A model generated the notes under the pieces. That model ran no database searches. It was not told the DNA's origin and was given only the letters and a program-made list of their open reading frames with translations. The translations under genes were made by a program, and so were the position numbers. Below, piece by piece: positions 16,747 to 24,096 of a stretch of 34,356 nucleotides of DNA; position 1 is the first letter of the stretch; every line of letters begins with the position of its first letter. Source of the stretch: a virus (Duplodnaviria > Caudoviricetes); IMG/VR virus record IMGVR_UViG_3300025653_000124, positions 1-34,356 of that record; one strand, given 5' to 3'.

Positions 16747-16782
16747 AACTTTAGTGAAAGTGTTATATAACATGTATAGACA
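16721..16782 (+). other. Second long imperfect hairpin with C-TTTA-G loop
   Basis: Paired arms TGTCT/AGACA, TACA/TGTA, GTTATATAA/TTATATAAC, ACACTT/AAGTGT. Confidence 0.75.
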
Positions 16783-16800
16783 TAAACACTAACTGAAACC

Positions 16801-16814
16801 GTCCAACGTTGGAC
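16801..16814. repeat. Palindromic site copy 3 (GTCCAACGTTGGAC)
   Basis: Intergenic, about 8 nt upstream of the GGAG RBS of the gp88-like gene. Confidence 0.85.
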
Positions 16815-16833
16815 ACTTTTACGGAGTAAGCAA

Positions 16834-17514
16834 ATGACTTACACAGTACACACTACCCCTAAATCAGGTAACCGTAAGGTTGGCCCTATTCCTGTCACAA
16901 CTACATCTGCTGCTACATGCCCTGATGAATGTGAGTTCAAGAAAAATGGCTGCTATGCAGATGGTGGGCCATTGGCAATGCATTGGGCCAAGGTCACAAG
17001 TGGTGAACGTGGTGATGCATGGGACACATTCATCAGCACTGTGGCATCTTTCAAAGATGGTCAGTTGTGGAGACATAACCAAGCAGGTGATCTTGCAGGT
17101 GATGGTAAACGTTTGGATGCTGATGCAAACGATCAACTTGCCGATGCCAATGTTGGCAAACGTGGTTTCACTTACACTCACTATCCCGTATTGACTGACA
17201 AGCATAATGCTCATGTAGTCAAACGTATGAATGACAAAGGCTTTGTCGTCAATCTATCTGCCAACAATGTCAAACACGCAGATGCATTGTATGACCTTGG
17301 CATTGGGCCAGTGGCGACAGTACTGCCAGAGGCACAAACGACTAACACTGTGACACCTAAAGGTCGCAAAGTGGTCGTATGTCCTGCCACAATCCGTGAT
17401 GATGTGTCATGCTCTACATGCCAACTGTGTGCAAAACAGCGTGATGCAATCATTGGGTTTCCTGCACATGGTAGCAGTAAACGTAAAGCTGACACAGTAG
17501 CACAAGGAGTATAA
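16834..17514 (+). CDS. Cys-rich gp88-like protein (possible Fe-S / radical-SAM-related)
   Basis: SGNRKVG, TCPDEC..KKNGCYA, LWRHNQAGD, FTYTH, VNLSAN, CPA...CSTCQLC and GFPAHG motifs. Confidence 0.6.
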   Translation: MTYTVHTTPKSGNRKVGPIPVTTTSAATCPDECEFKKNGCYADGGPLAMHWAKVTSGERGDAWDTFISTVASFKDGQLWRHNQAGDLAGDGKRLDADANDQLADANVGKRGFTYTHYPVLTDKHNAHVVKRMNDKGFVVNLSANNVKHADALYDLGIGPVATVLPEAQTTNTVTPKGRKVVVCPATIRDDVSCSTCQLCAKQRDAIIGFPAHGSSKRKADTVAQGV

Positions 17515-17516
17515 CA

Positions 17517-17690
17517 ATGGAATTGTTAGTATCAATCGAAACGTCTTACGGTACACGTCGAGTGTATCCTAAGTGTAGCACATCACGAACACTTGCTGAG
17601 ATTGCAGGTACAACTACGTTGACTGATCGTGATGTAAGTTTAATTAAACAACTAGGCTACACATTTCGTGTAGTGACAGAGGAATTGTGA
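17517..17690 (+). CDS. Small hypothetical protein (57 aa)
   Basis: Hand-translated MELLVSIETSYGTRRVYPKC...IKQLGYTF; AAGGAG RBS. Confidence 0.65.
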   Translation: MELLVSIETSYGTRRVYPKCSTSRTLAEIAGTTTLTDRDVSLIKQLGYTFRVVTEEL

Positions 17691-17691
17691 C

Positions 17692-17844
17692 ATGAAAAAA
17701 CCTGTGGGAATTGTGAACCCTGTGGCAAAAGCTTTGCTTCAACAGCGCAAAAGCCCACAGGTAGTGCCGCCCAAGAAGGGCAACAAACGCAAACTCAGTA
17801 AGAAGGAGAAACAAAATGCGTTACGAAATGAAAAACTTTATTAA
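17692..17844 (+). CDS. Small basic protein, ArfA-like (50 aa)
   Basis: Hand-translated MKKPVGIVNPVAKALLQQRKSPQVVPPKKGNKRKLSKKEK; GAGG RBS. Confidence 0.5.
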   Translation: MKKPVGIVNPVAKALLQQRKSPQVVPPKKGNKRKLSKKEKQNALRNEKLY

Positions 17845-17953
17845 GTTTTCCAAAGTGTCCAACGTTGGACAGAAACCTAAACGTGATGATTGGAAACGTG
17901 ACCGCCAACAGGCACGTAAGACAAAATCACAACTACGTAAACTAGCAAGCTAA
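17816..17953 (+). CDS. Small basic protein (45 aa)
   Basis: Hand-translated MRYEMKNFIKFSKVSNVGQKPKRDDWKRDR; AAGGAG RBS. Confidence 0.55.
   Translation: MRYEMKNFIKFSKVSNVGQKPKRDDWKRDRQQARKTKSQLRKLAS
17856..17871. repeat. Palindromic site copy 4 (TGTCCAACGTTGGACA)
   Basis: Perfect 16-bp palindrome inside a small ORF (encodes SNVGQ). Confidence 0.85.
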
Positions 17954-17974
17954 TCCATATAAGGAGTATACCCC

Positions 17975-18319
17975 ATGACAAATACATTCGTTTTCAAATC
18001 CGTCCGTTCAACTCAACCACAATTGTATGTTGAGCATACATTCCACATGAAAAAGTGTGTGTCATACACATACAACTATGTGCCGATGGATGATTACATT
18101 GTGAAACATTGGGCTACCAAAACACAGAAACAGATTGCATCTGATCTGAATGAATACCTACACCGTGTGCAGTATCGTTGCCGTATCCTGAAAGAGATTG
18201 GCATGATCAAAGCACGTTACACGAAAGATGGTTCATCTTTACTAAAGCAGGAACGCCGTGAGTTGCGTATGAAGCTGAAAAAAGTTGAGGCTAAACTAAG
18301 TGAGATTAATGCAGCGTAA
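17975..18319 (+). CDS. Putative HTH plus coiled-coil protein
   Basis: TQKQIASDLNEYLHRVQYRCRILKEIGMI resembles a winged HTH; AAGGAG RBS. Confidence 0.55.
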   Translation: MTNTFVFKSVRSTQPQLYVEHTFHMKKCVSYTYNYVPMDDYIVKHWATKTQKQIASDLNEYLHRVQYRCRILKEIGMIKARYTKDGSSLLKQERRELRMKLKKVEAKLSEINAA

Positions 18320-18422
18320 AAAGAAATGGGTTGTGTATGATGATCATGATCGTGTGGTCATCATCACACATAACAAACGTATCGCAATGAAGTATGTGAA
18401 GGAGCAAACAAATGCGAGTTGA
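18309..18422 (+). CDS. Tiny hypothetical protein (37 aa)
   Basis: Hand-translated MQRKKKWVVYDDHDRVVIITHNKRIAMKY; fills the gap and overlaps both neighbours. Confidence 0.45.
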   Translation: MQRKKKWVVYDDHDRVVIITHNKRIAMKYVKEQTNAS

Positions 18423-18819
18423 AGTTTATTTTAACCTACACAAATACACGTGGTCTGTCCGTCAGTGTTCCACTGGCAGAGTAATCTTACACACTGACAA
18501 GGTGCACATTCGTGACCCTAAGTTTGTAGTGCGTAAGGCAGGACGTGAACGTGTACTGCGTGAGGGCAAGAAGAATGTTCATGCCTTTGTTCGTGGTGAG
18601 ATCACACACTTTGATGACTTTGATCCAGAGTATCATCCCGACTATCTGGACTACACACTTGTGTCATACAACCCATACAAGTTTGACACATTCGTTGATG
18701 TGTACGACACGACACCAGTACGTACAGCCAAACGTGCTATGCTACAACTACAGCCAAGCATGGTTGTTGACGATCACAGAAATAGGCCATACCTATATGC
18801 AGAGGGGGCACGTTCATGA
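18412..18819 (+). CDS. Conserved phage early protein
   Basis: VYFNLHK..WSVR...GRV...AGRERVLREGKKNVHAFVRG...YNPYK motif set. Confidence 0.75.
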   Translation: MRVEVYFNLHKYTWSVRQCSTGRVILHTDKVHIRDPKFVVRKAGRERVLREGKKNVHAFVRGEITHFDDFDPEYHPDYLDYTLVSYNPYKFDTFVDVYDTTPVRTAKRAMLQLQPSMVVDDHRNRPYLYAEGARS

Positions 18820-19136
18820 CACCTGAAGAAGTAATGGAATTAATACAAGGAGATACACTTATGGCAACAGAGCTATATGAAGAACTAACACGAGAAGAAG
18901 TAGAGAAACTACTTGACCTATACAATTGCATTGATGATCTATTGCGTGATGTGTCTGATGGCTTTGATTTGTCACTGTCACAACTACGTGATTTGCAAAG
19001 AAAGATGTGGTACCTACGTGATACATTTAAATTCAAACCTCAGAGGGATGAAGACACTGGCTATCCCGAACATTGGAAGCCGTATGTCCTGAAAGATGAT
19101 CCACGTGCATGGTATTACAAAGGAGAAACTGAATGA
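18816..19136 (+). CDS. Hypothetical protein
   Basis: 106 aa with ATGA overlaps at both ends. Confidence 0.6.
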   Translation: MTPEEVMELIQGDTLMATELYEELTREEVEKLLDLYNCIDDLLRDVSDGFDLSLSQLRDLQRKMWYLRDTFKFKPQRDEDTGYPEHWKPYVLKDDPRAWYYKGETE

Positions 19137-19372
19137 AAATAATGGGCTACGAAATCGTAGTTGAAATAGACGGGGTGGAAAGTCTTATCCAGTTGGATGA
19201 CACTTACCCCGCAATCAATGATTGGCACAGTGCCACAGAATTTGCCATGCGTTTGGCTGCACATGAACACCCAGACGCAAACCAGATTGACTTTGTGGAG
19301 TGTGGCGAATTTGAAATGGAAGAATATAAACAGTATGACTTCATACATGAAGCACCCTGTGTGCTACAATGA
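19133..19372 (+). CDS. Acidic hypothetical protein
   Basis: 79 aa; AGGAG RBS. Confidence 0.6.
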   Translation: MKIMGYEIVVEIDGVESLIQLDDTYPAINDWHSATEFAMRLAAHEHPDANQIDFVECGEFEMEEYKQYDFIHEAPCVLQ

Positions 19373-19383
19373 GAGGATATAAC

Positions 19384-19632
19384 ATGACGTATGAAAGCAA
19401 AGACAGACAGTGGTTTGCACTAAGTTGTTTAGATAATATGTTAGTAACACCAGTACGTGCAAGAATGCTTGGTTGGAACTATTTGCGTTTGCACCCACTA
19501 GGTGATTGTGGGGATTTCGACGCAGCAGAAGAAATAGCAAATGACTTAGGGTTAGATGCAATATGGATTGCTGATGCAGAAACAGTTAAGCAATGGGCAG
19601 ACACAATCAGAAAAACTATAGAAAGGATATAA
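19384..19632 (+). CDS. Hypothetical protein
   Basis: ORF track 19369..19632; a GAGG RBS favours the ATG at 19384. Confidence 0.55.
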   Translation: MTYESKDRQWFALSCLDNMLVTPVRARMLGWNYLRLHPLGDCGDFDAAEEIANDLGLDAIWIADAETVKQWADTIRKTIERI

Positions 19633-19633
19633 C

Positions 19634-20020
19634 ATGGTGGAAGCTAAAATCAAACTAACGAAAACGATGCTAGATAAAAGCATCATTGATGCCAACAAAT
19701 CTGTGCGAGAGTTTCTGGACAGTGATTTTGGCATGAACTATGACGATAAGTTTTTTACCGCAGAGTGGTACGACACAGAAAAAGAACGTACTATGCGAAA
19801 CGCATTCTCTGTTGTCGGTGAGTATGCCGATGGCACAGAGGGTGATGTAAAGTTTTATCGTAGTGCCAAACGTGGTGATAAACGCATCAGTATACAAAAG
19901 CTGAAGCAATATGCAGAGGTAGGTGACGAAGTGATCCTGACCTCAGATGCGGAGAGTTTACATGATGCATACCGTATATACATCAACATCGTCAGACAAG
20001 AAGCCAATGCCACTGGATGA
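19634..20020 (+). CDS. Hypothetical protein (LTKTMLDKSIIDAN...RGDKRISI)
   Basis: 128 aa; AAGGA RBS. Confidence 0.6.
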   Translation: MVEAKIKLTKTMLDKSIIDANKSVREFLDSDFGMNYDDKFFTAEWYDTEKERTMRNAFSVVGEYADGTEGDVKFYRSAKRGDKRISIQKLKQYAEVGDEVILTSDAESLHDAYRIYINIVRQEANATG

Positions 20021-20071
20021 CCCATGTGACGACTGGTCAGACCACCCTATACCTAAACCAAAGGAGAAACC

Positions 20072-20593
20072 ATGAACCGTTTCATTATAGCTAATACTCC
20101 ACAGGAGATTGCACAAGCATTGTGTGACAAGCATGTGGTCAAGATGCCACTGGAAGAAGCACAGATGCTATGCACTGTGGTTCGTCAAGCTAACCCTGAG
20201 TATGCCGATGAGCATGAACTGTACCGTGTAGCACATGCCAAGCATCCGTGCACACTGTGGGCAGGGCAGACACGTAGCAATTACATGTATGCTTTCCGAT
20301 TGTGGAACCACATGTGTCTGGAGTATACCTACAGATATGGCAGACAACATGCATCAGAACGTTTCATTGATGCACTGCGAGAGGGTGCAAGGTTTGTGCC
20401 GACAGGTGAATTGACTGCACACCCCGAATGCTTCAGTGAATACACACACCTGAAGACAGGAGAACACTGGCCTGTGGACAGTTACCGTAAGTTTTATCAT
20501 ACCAAGCAGCATAGGTTTGATATGGTCTGGAGTAAACGTAACAAGCCTGTGTGGTTTGATTGGCAATGGGAGAATGTATATGCAGCAGCATGA
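20072..20593 (+). CDS. Pyrimidine-dimer DNA glycosylase / endonuclease V-like protein
   Basis: MNRF...AQALCDKHVVKMPLEEAQML...H.KHPCTLW...EYTYRYGRQH motifs. Confidence 0.75.
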   Translation: MNRFIIANTPQEIAQALCDKHVVKMPLEEAQMLCTVVRQANPEYADEHELYRVAHAKHPCTLWAGQTRSNYMYAFRLWNHMCLEYTYRYGRQHASERFIDALREGARFVPTGELTAHPECFSEYTHLKTGEHWPVDSYRKFYHTKQHRFDMVWSKRNKPVWFDWQWENVYAAA

Positions 20594-20726
20594 GTTAGTA
20601 CACTGTTTACAATGTGATCGTGTGTTTGAAGAAGGAGAACATTTTGTAGAAGTGTGTCCGTTCTGTGACAACGACAACCCTTTTGAAACTGTGTACCTAC
20701 AACCAGAGGAGTTTGAGTATGCTTGA
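20580..20726 (+). CDS. Small zinc-ribbon protein
   Basis: CLQC...CPFC; GGAG RBS. Confidence 0.55.
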   Translation: MQQHELVHCLQCDRVFEEGEHFVEVCPFCDNDNPFETVYLQPEEFEYA

Positions 20727-21111
20727 AGCAGCACTGACATGTATTGCACTGAATGTGTATCACGAGGCACGTAGTGAGCCTATGGCAGGTATGTATGCCG
20801 TTGCCCACGTTGTGCTCAATCGTGTGGCACATGACGCATTCCCTGACGATGCTTGCAAGGTAGTGTATCAGGGCTTTCACCGTGGCAAACACAAGTGCCA
20901 GTTCAGTTGGTACTGTGACGGTAAGTCCGACACGCCTCGTGAAGAAGTACATTGGCTGTATGCCAAAGTGGTAGCCCATAACGTAGTGTATGGCTATCAT
21001 GAAGACAACACCGATGGTGCCACACATTACCATGCTAACTATGTTAGACCGTGGTGGCGCAATCACTACACACAAACTGTGACACATGGGTCACACATAT
21101 TCTACAAGTAG
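20719..21111 (+). CDS. SleB-like cell wall hydrolase (Hydrolase_2)
   Basis: CIALNVYHEARSE, VAHVVLNRV, CQFSW.CDG, GATHYHA.YV.P.W and HIFYK motifs. Confidence 0.88.
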   Translation: MLEAALTCIALNVYHEARSEPMAGMYAVAHVVLNRVAHDAFPDDACKVVYQGFHRGKHKCQFSWYCDGKSDTPREEVHWLYAKVVAHNVVYGYHEDNTDGATHYHANYVRPWWRNHYTQTVTHGSHIFYK

Positions 21112-21192
21112 CTTATCGTTACTAGTATAGGGTGGACAGTATCTATATAACTATGGTACAGTTGCCACACAAACAACTGAAAGGAGATTATT

Positions 21193-22023
21193 ATGCCATT
21201 TGACATTCCAACATACCTTGACTTTGATGTAGAGTTTGAACCAACCAAGGTTGATGATAAGAAATATGTTATCAATGCAGACACTGGCGAGTACCTTGGT
21301 ATCGTCGGTAAGTCATTCAAGTGTGCATCACATGGTGACTTTTACCGTGGTGTCATGGACACAGTGACTGACGAACTGCTTTCATCTGAACTGATGAATG
21401 CCAAGTTCAATTGGAAAACTGCACGTAATGGTGCGTGGTCAATGCTTGACATTGAACTGCCTGACATGCAGGTGGAGATCACAACGGACAAGCACCAAAC
21501 ACAAATCGGTAATCGTATTATATCATTACATGGTATTGACGGTTCGTGCAGCAACCAAGTGTACTTCGGTGCGATTGATTTCTTCTGCACCAACGGATGT
21601 ATTCGTGGAGAGTATGACAAAATCCGCAAGAAGAACACTGCGAACTTCTCTATGGAGAGTTTCATCTATGAACTTGCTCGTGCTCGTACTGACTTCTACA
21701 CTGAGGCAGGTAAGATGCAAGTGTGGGCGCAGACATCCACAAAGTATGTGGACATTCGTTCTCTGTTGGAAGAAATGATTTCATCTGAACGTAAGGCAGA
21801 GAAAATGTACATGCTGTACCTACAAGAGGCTGCGACACGTGGTCACAATAAGTGGGCATTGTACTCTGCGTTCACAAACTATGCATCGTATGCTGATGAA
21901 CGTAATGGGTTCAACCTACGTAACACAGGCAATGACACACAGGCCATCAGCATGTGGTCACGTGAGCAAGAGGTATCCAAGTGGGTATCAGATGATCGGT
22001 TCATTACATTGGAGGCAGCATGA
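21193..22023 (+). CDS. DUF932-family protein
   Basis: LGIVG..F...H, HGIDGS, FFCTNG and NKWALYSAFTNY motifs. Confidence 0.7.
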   Translation: MPFDIPTYLDFDVEFEPTKVDDKKYVINADTGEYLGIVGKSFKCASHGDFYRGVMDTVTDELLSSELMNAKFNWKTARNGAWSMLDIELPDMQVEITTDKHQTQIGNRIISLHGIDGSCSNQVYFGAIDFFCTNGCIRGEYDKIRKKNTANFSMESFIYELARARTDFYTEAGKMQVWAQTSTKYVDIRSLLEEMISSERKAEKMYMLYLQEAATRGHNKWALYSAFTNYASYADERNGFNLRNTGNDTQAISMWSREQEVSKWVSDDRFITLEAA

Positions 22024-22187
22024 TTACTTACACACTTAAAAACAGTGTTGATGGGGAAGTGTGGGAAGCCACACTGTTTGAGATACTACGTGAAATAAAT
22101 GATGATCGTAATGAGGAATGGGAACCCTACGATGAAACAGATTGGAAAGATGGACTGTTAAACTTTACCACATGGGAGATTGTATGA
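22020..22187 (+). CDS. Small acidic protein (55 aa)
   Basis: Hand-translated MITYTLKNSVDGEVWEATLFEILREINDDRNEEWEPYDETDWKDGL; ATGA overlaps at both ends. Confidence 0.6.
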   Translation: MITYTLKNSVDGEVWEATLFEILREINDDRNEEWEPYDETDWKDGLLNFTTWEIV

Positions 22188-23305
22188 GAACCTTACCACG
22201 ATATGTACAACAGCGAGTGTCACCTTCGGGTGACATCTCATACCGTTTCAATCCACCGCAAGCATTGGTGAATGAGGGAGTAGTAGAACGTGAAGAACTA
22301 GGTGACGATCCAAAAGTTGCAAGACAGATAGCACGTGAGTACAACAGAGACATTGACGCATACCGTGAAGAACAAGCTAAAGTTGTGAAGCTGAAGCCAA
22401 GCAGCAAGGTCACTGACCTTATCAACTTTTATTATTTATCTAATGATTTCAAGATGTTACGTGACTCAACCAAGGTTGATTACAGGTATTTCTTGACAGT
22501 GGTACACCAAACAATTGGGTGCCGTAAGTACAGAGAGGTTACACCTAAAGTTGCAAAGCAAGCATATGAGAAATGGGTTGAACGTGGGATCAGCTTTGCT
22601 AACCATGCGGCAACGTGTGCGAGTAGAGTGTACAACTACGCCATACAAATGGAACATGCAGAGCAAAATCCGTTTGCCAAGATTAAACGTAAACAACAAC
22701 GTCAACGTAAAGTTATATGGACACATGGTGAGGTGAATAAATTTCTTGACGTAGCATATAGCGACTTTCAGTACCGTAACATTGGACTGATTGTACACAT
22801 GGCATACGAGTGGTGCCAGAGATTGGGTGACATGCGTATGCTGCGTTGGGATAACCTTGACCTGAAGAAGCAACAACTAACGTTGGAGCAAAGCAAGCGT
22901 AGGTCAGAGGTGTTCCTACCTATCAGTGACAACCTGAATGCCATGCTGCTAGAGCAGAAAGCTGACTTTGGTTTTCAGGAATGGGTTGCACCACACCCAC
23001 AACCACGTAACGGTAGGTTCCAACCCTATGCTATGGAGAGACTGTCCAAGGTTGGACGGAACATCATGAGACTAGCAAAGCTACCTGATGAGCTACGTCT
23101 GATGGACATTCGTCGTACTGGTGTAACACAGATGGTTGATAAGGGTGTACCTTTGCCTCAAATCATGGCAGTGACAGGGCATACTCATGTTGCATCTGTG
23201 AAACCATACATGAAGCATACTTACGAAAGTGCAAATAATGCCTTGACACAACGAGACATGTCTGTATGCTTGAGTGAAACGAACAACACAGAAAGTGATA
23301 CATAA
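22184..23305 (+). CDS. int: Tyrosine recombinase / integrase
   Basis: Catalytic CQRLGD, (M)DIRRTG, TGH and PY motifs plus the NPF linker; start at 22184 with GGAG RBS. Confidence 0.88.
   Translation: MRTLPRYVQQRVSPSGDISYRFNPPQALVNEGVVEREELGDDPKVARQIAREYNRDIDAYREEQAKVVKLKPSSKVTDLINFYYLSNDFKMLRDSTKVDYRYFLTVVHQTIGCRKYREVTPKVAKQAYEKWVERGISFANHAATCASRVYNYAIQMEHAEQNPFAKIKRKQQRQRKVIWTHGEVNKFLDVAYSDFQYRNIGLIVHMAYEWCQRLGDMRMLRWDNLDLKKQQLTLEQSKRRSEVFLPISDNLNAMLLEQKADFGFQEWVAPHPQPRNGRFQPYAMERLSKVGRNIMRLAKLPDELRLMDIRRTGVTQMVDKGVPLPQIMAVTGHTHVASVKPYMKHTYESANNALTQRDMSVCLSETNNTESDT
23044..23057. repeat. Palindromic site copy 5 (GTCCAAGGTTGGAC), inverted, inside the integrase
   Basis: Reverse complement of 23042-23059 is ccGTCCAACCTTGGACag, matching the 18-bp consensus including flanks. 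Confidence 0.7.
23243..23270 (+). promoter_or_regulatory. Sigma70-like promoter for primase/helicase
   Basis: TTGACA-N16-TATGCT within the 3' end of the integrase gene. Confidence 0.5.
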
Positions 23306-24096
23306 TGAATATAAAAGAACATATAAGTGATATGAACTTAGTTAATGGTGAAACTAAACGTACTAACTGCCCAGTATGTGGGGGAGTTAAAACATTTACA
23401 GCCACCAATAACATGGGTCAGCTTGTATGGAACTGTTACAAGGCAGGGTGCCGTGTGTCTGGTGGGACACGTGTGCACCTTACCAGTGACGATATTCGTA
23501 AGTCACTAGGCACTGTAGCTGCTGAGACAGAGGCAGTCACATTCCAGAAACCTGAATGGATTGTACGTGACGTTGATGCAGTGTCAGAGTTCTGTGATCA
23601 GTGGGACATTGATCCCGTGTCATTGGGTTTGTTGTATGATGTTCGTGAACACCGTGTCGTATTTCCTGTGGTACATAACAATATCATGGTGGATGCCACT
23701 GGCAGAGCACTAGGAAAAAAGTTACCAAAGTGGAAAAGATATGGTAAAAACCCCTTGCCGTATGTTTATGGATGTGGTAAAACAGGGGTAGTCGTTGAGG
23801 ACTGTGTAAGTGCAGCCATTGTGGGTGCGACAGGCAGTTCTGGATGCTCGGAGAGTGGGGTGTATGTCGGGGTAGCAGTGTTGGGCACCTCACTCTCTGA
23901 GGCACATAAGCAGTACTTATCACACCTCAAGACTGTTATCATTGCACTTGACCCCGATGCATTACCAAAGACACTGCAATTTGCAAAAGAACTACGTGGT
24001 TATGTAGAGAATGTAAAAGTATTACGTTTGACAGATGACCTGAAATATCGTAACCCTACCGACATAAACAATTTACTAGCACTAGGAGAAACATAA
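23305..24096 (+). CDS. DNA primase (Zn finger plus TOPRIM)
   Basis: CPVC...CYKAGC; VVVED; IALDPDA. Confidence 0.85.
   Translation: MNIKEHISDMNLVNGETKRTNCPVCGGVKTFTATNNMGQLVWNCYKAGCRVSGGTRVHLTSDDIRKSLGTVAAETEAVTFQKPEWIVRDVDAVSEFCDQWDIDPVSLGLLYDVREHRVVFPVVHNNIMVDATGRALGKKLPKWKRYGKNPLPYVYGCGKTGVVVEDCVSAAIVGATGSSGCSESGVYVGVAVLGTSLSEAHKQYLSHLKTVIIALDPDALPKTLQFAKELRGYVENVKVLRLTDDLKYRNPTDINNLLALGET

Noticed and set aside
17145-17158. TGCCAATGTTGGCA palindrome in the gp88-like gene
   Set aside because: It shares only the CCAANNTTGG core; the outer bases differ from the consensus.
15553-17871. Palindromic repeats as a CRISPR array (a Cas4-like gene is present)
   Set aside because: Spacing is 600-1050 bp and irregular, and copies lie inside ORFs. 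Cas4-like nucleases are ordinary phage recombination genes.
20007-20075. 22-aa ORF MPLDDPCDDWSDHPIPKPKEKP bridging two genes
   Set aside because: The coupling is plausible, but it is too short to support without homologues.
20354-21087. Long antisense ORFs (138 and 196 aa) and other shadow ORFs in the track
   Set aside because: They lie opposite well-supported genes and have no recognisable motifs or RBS.
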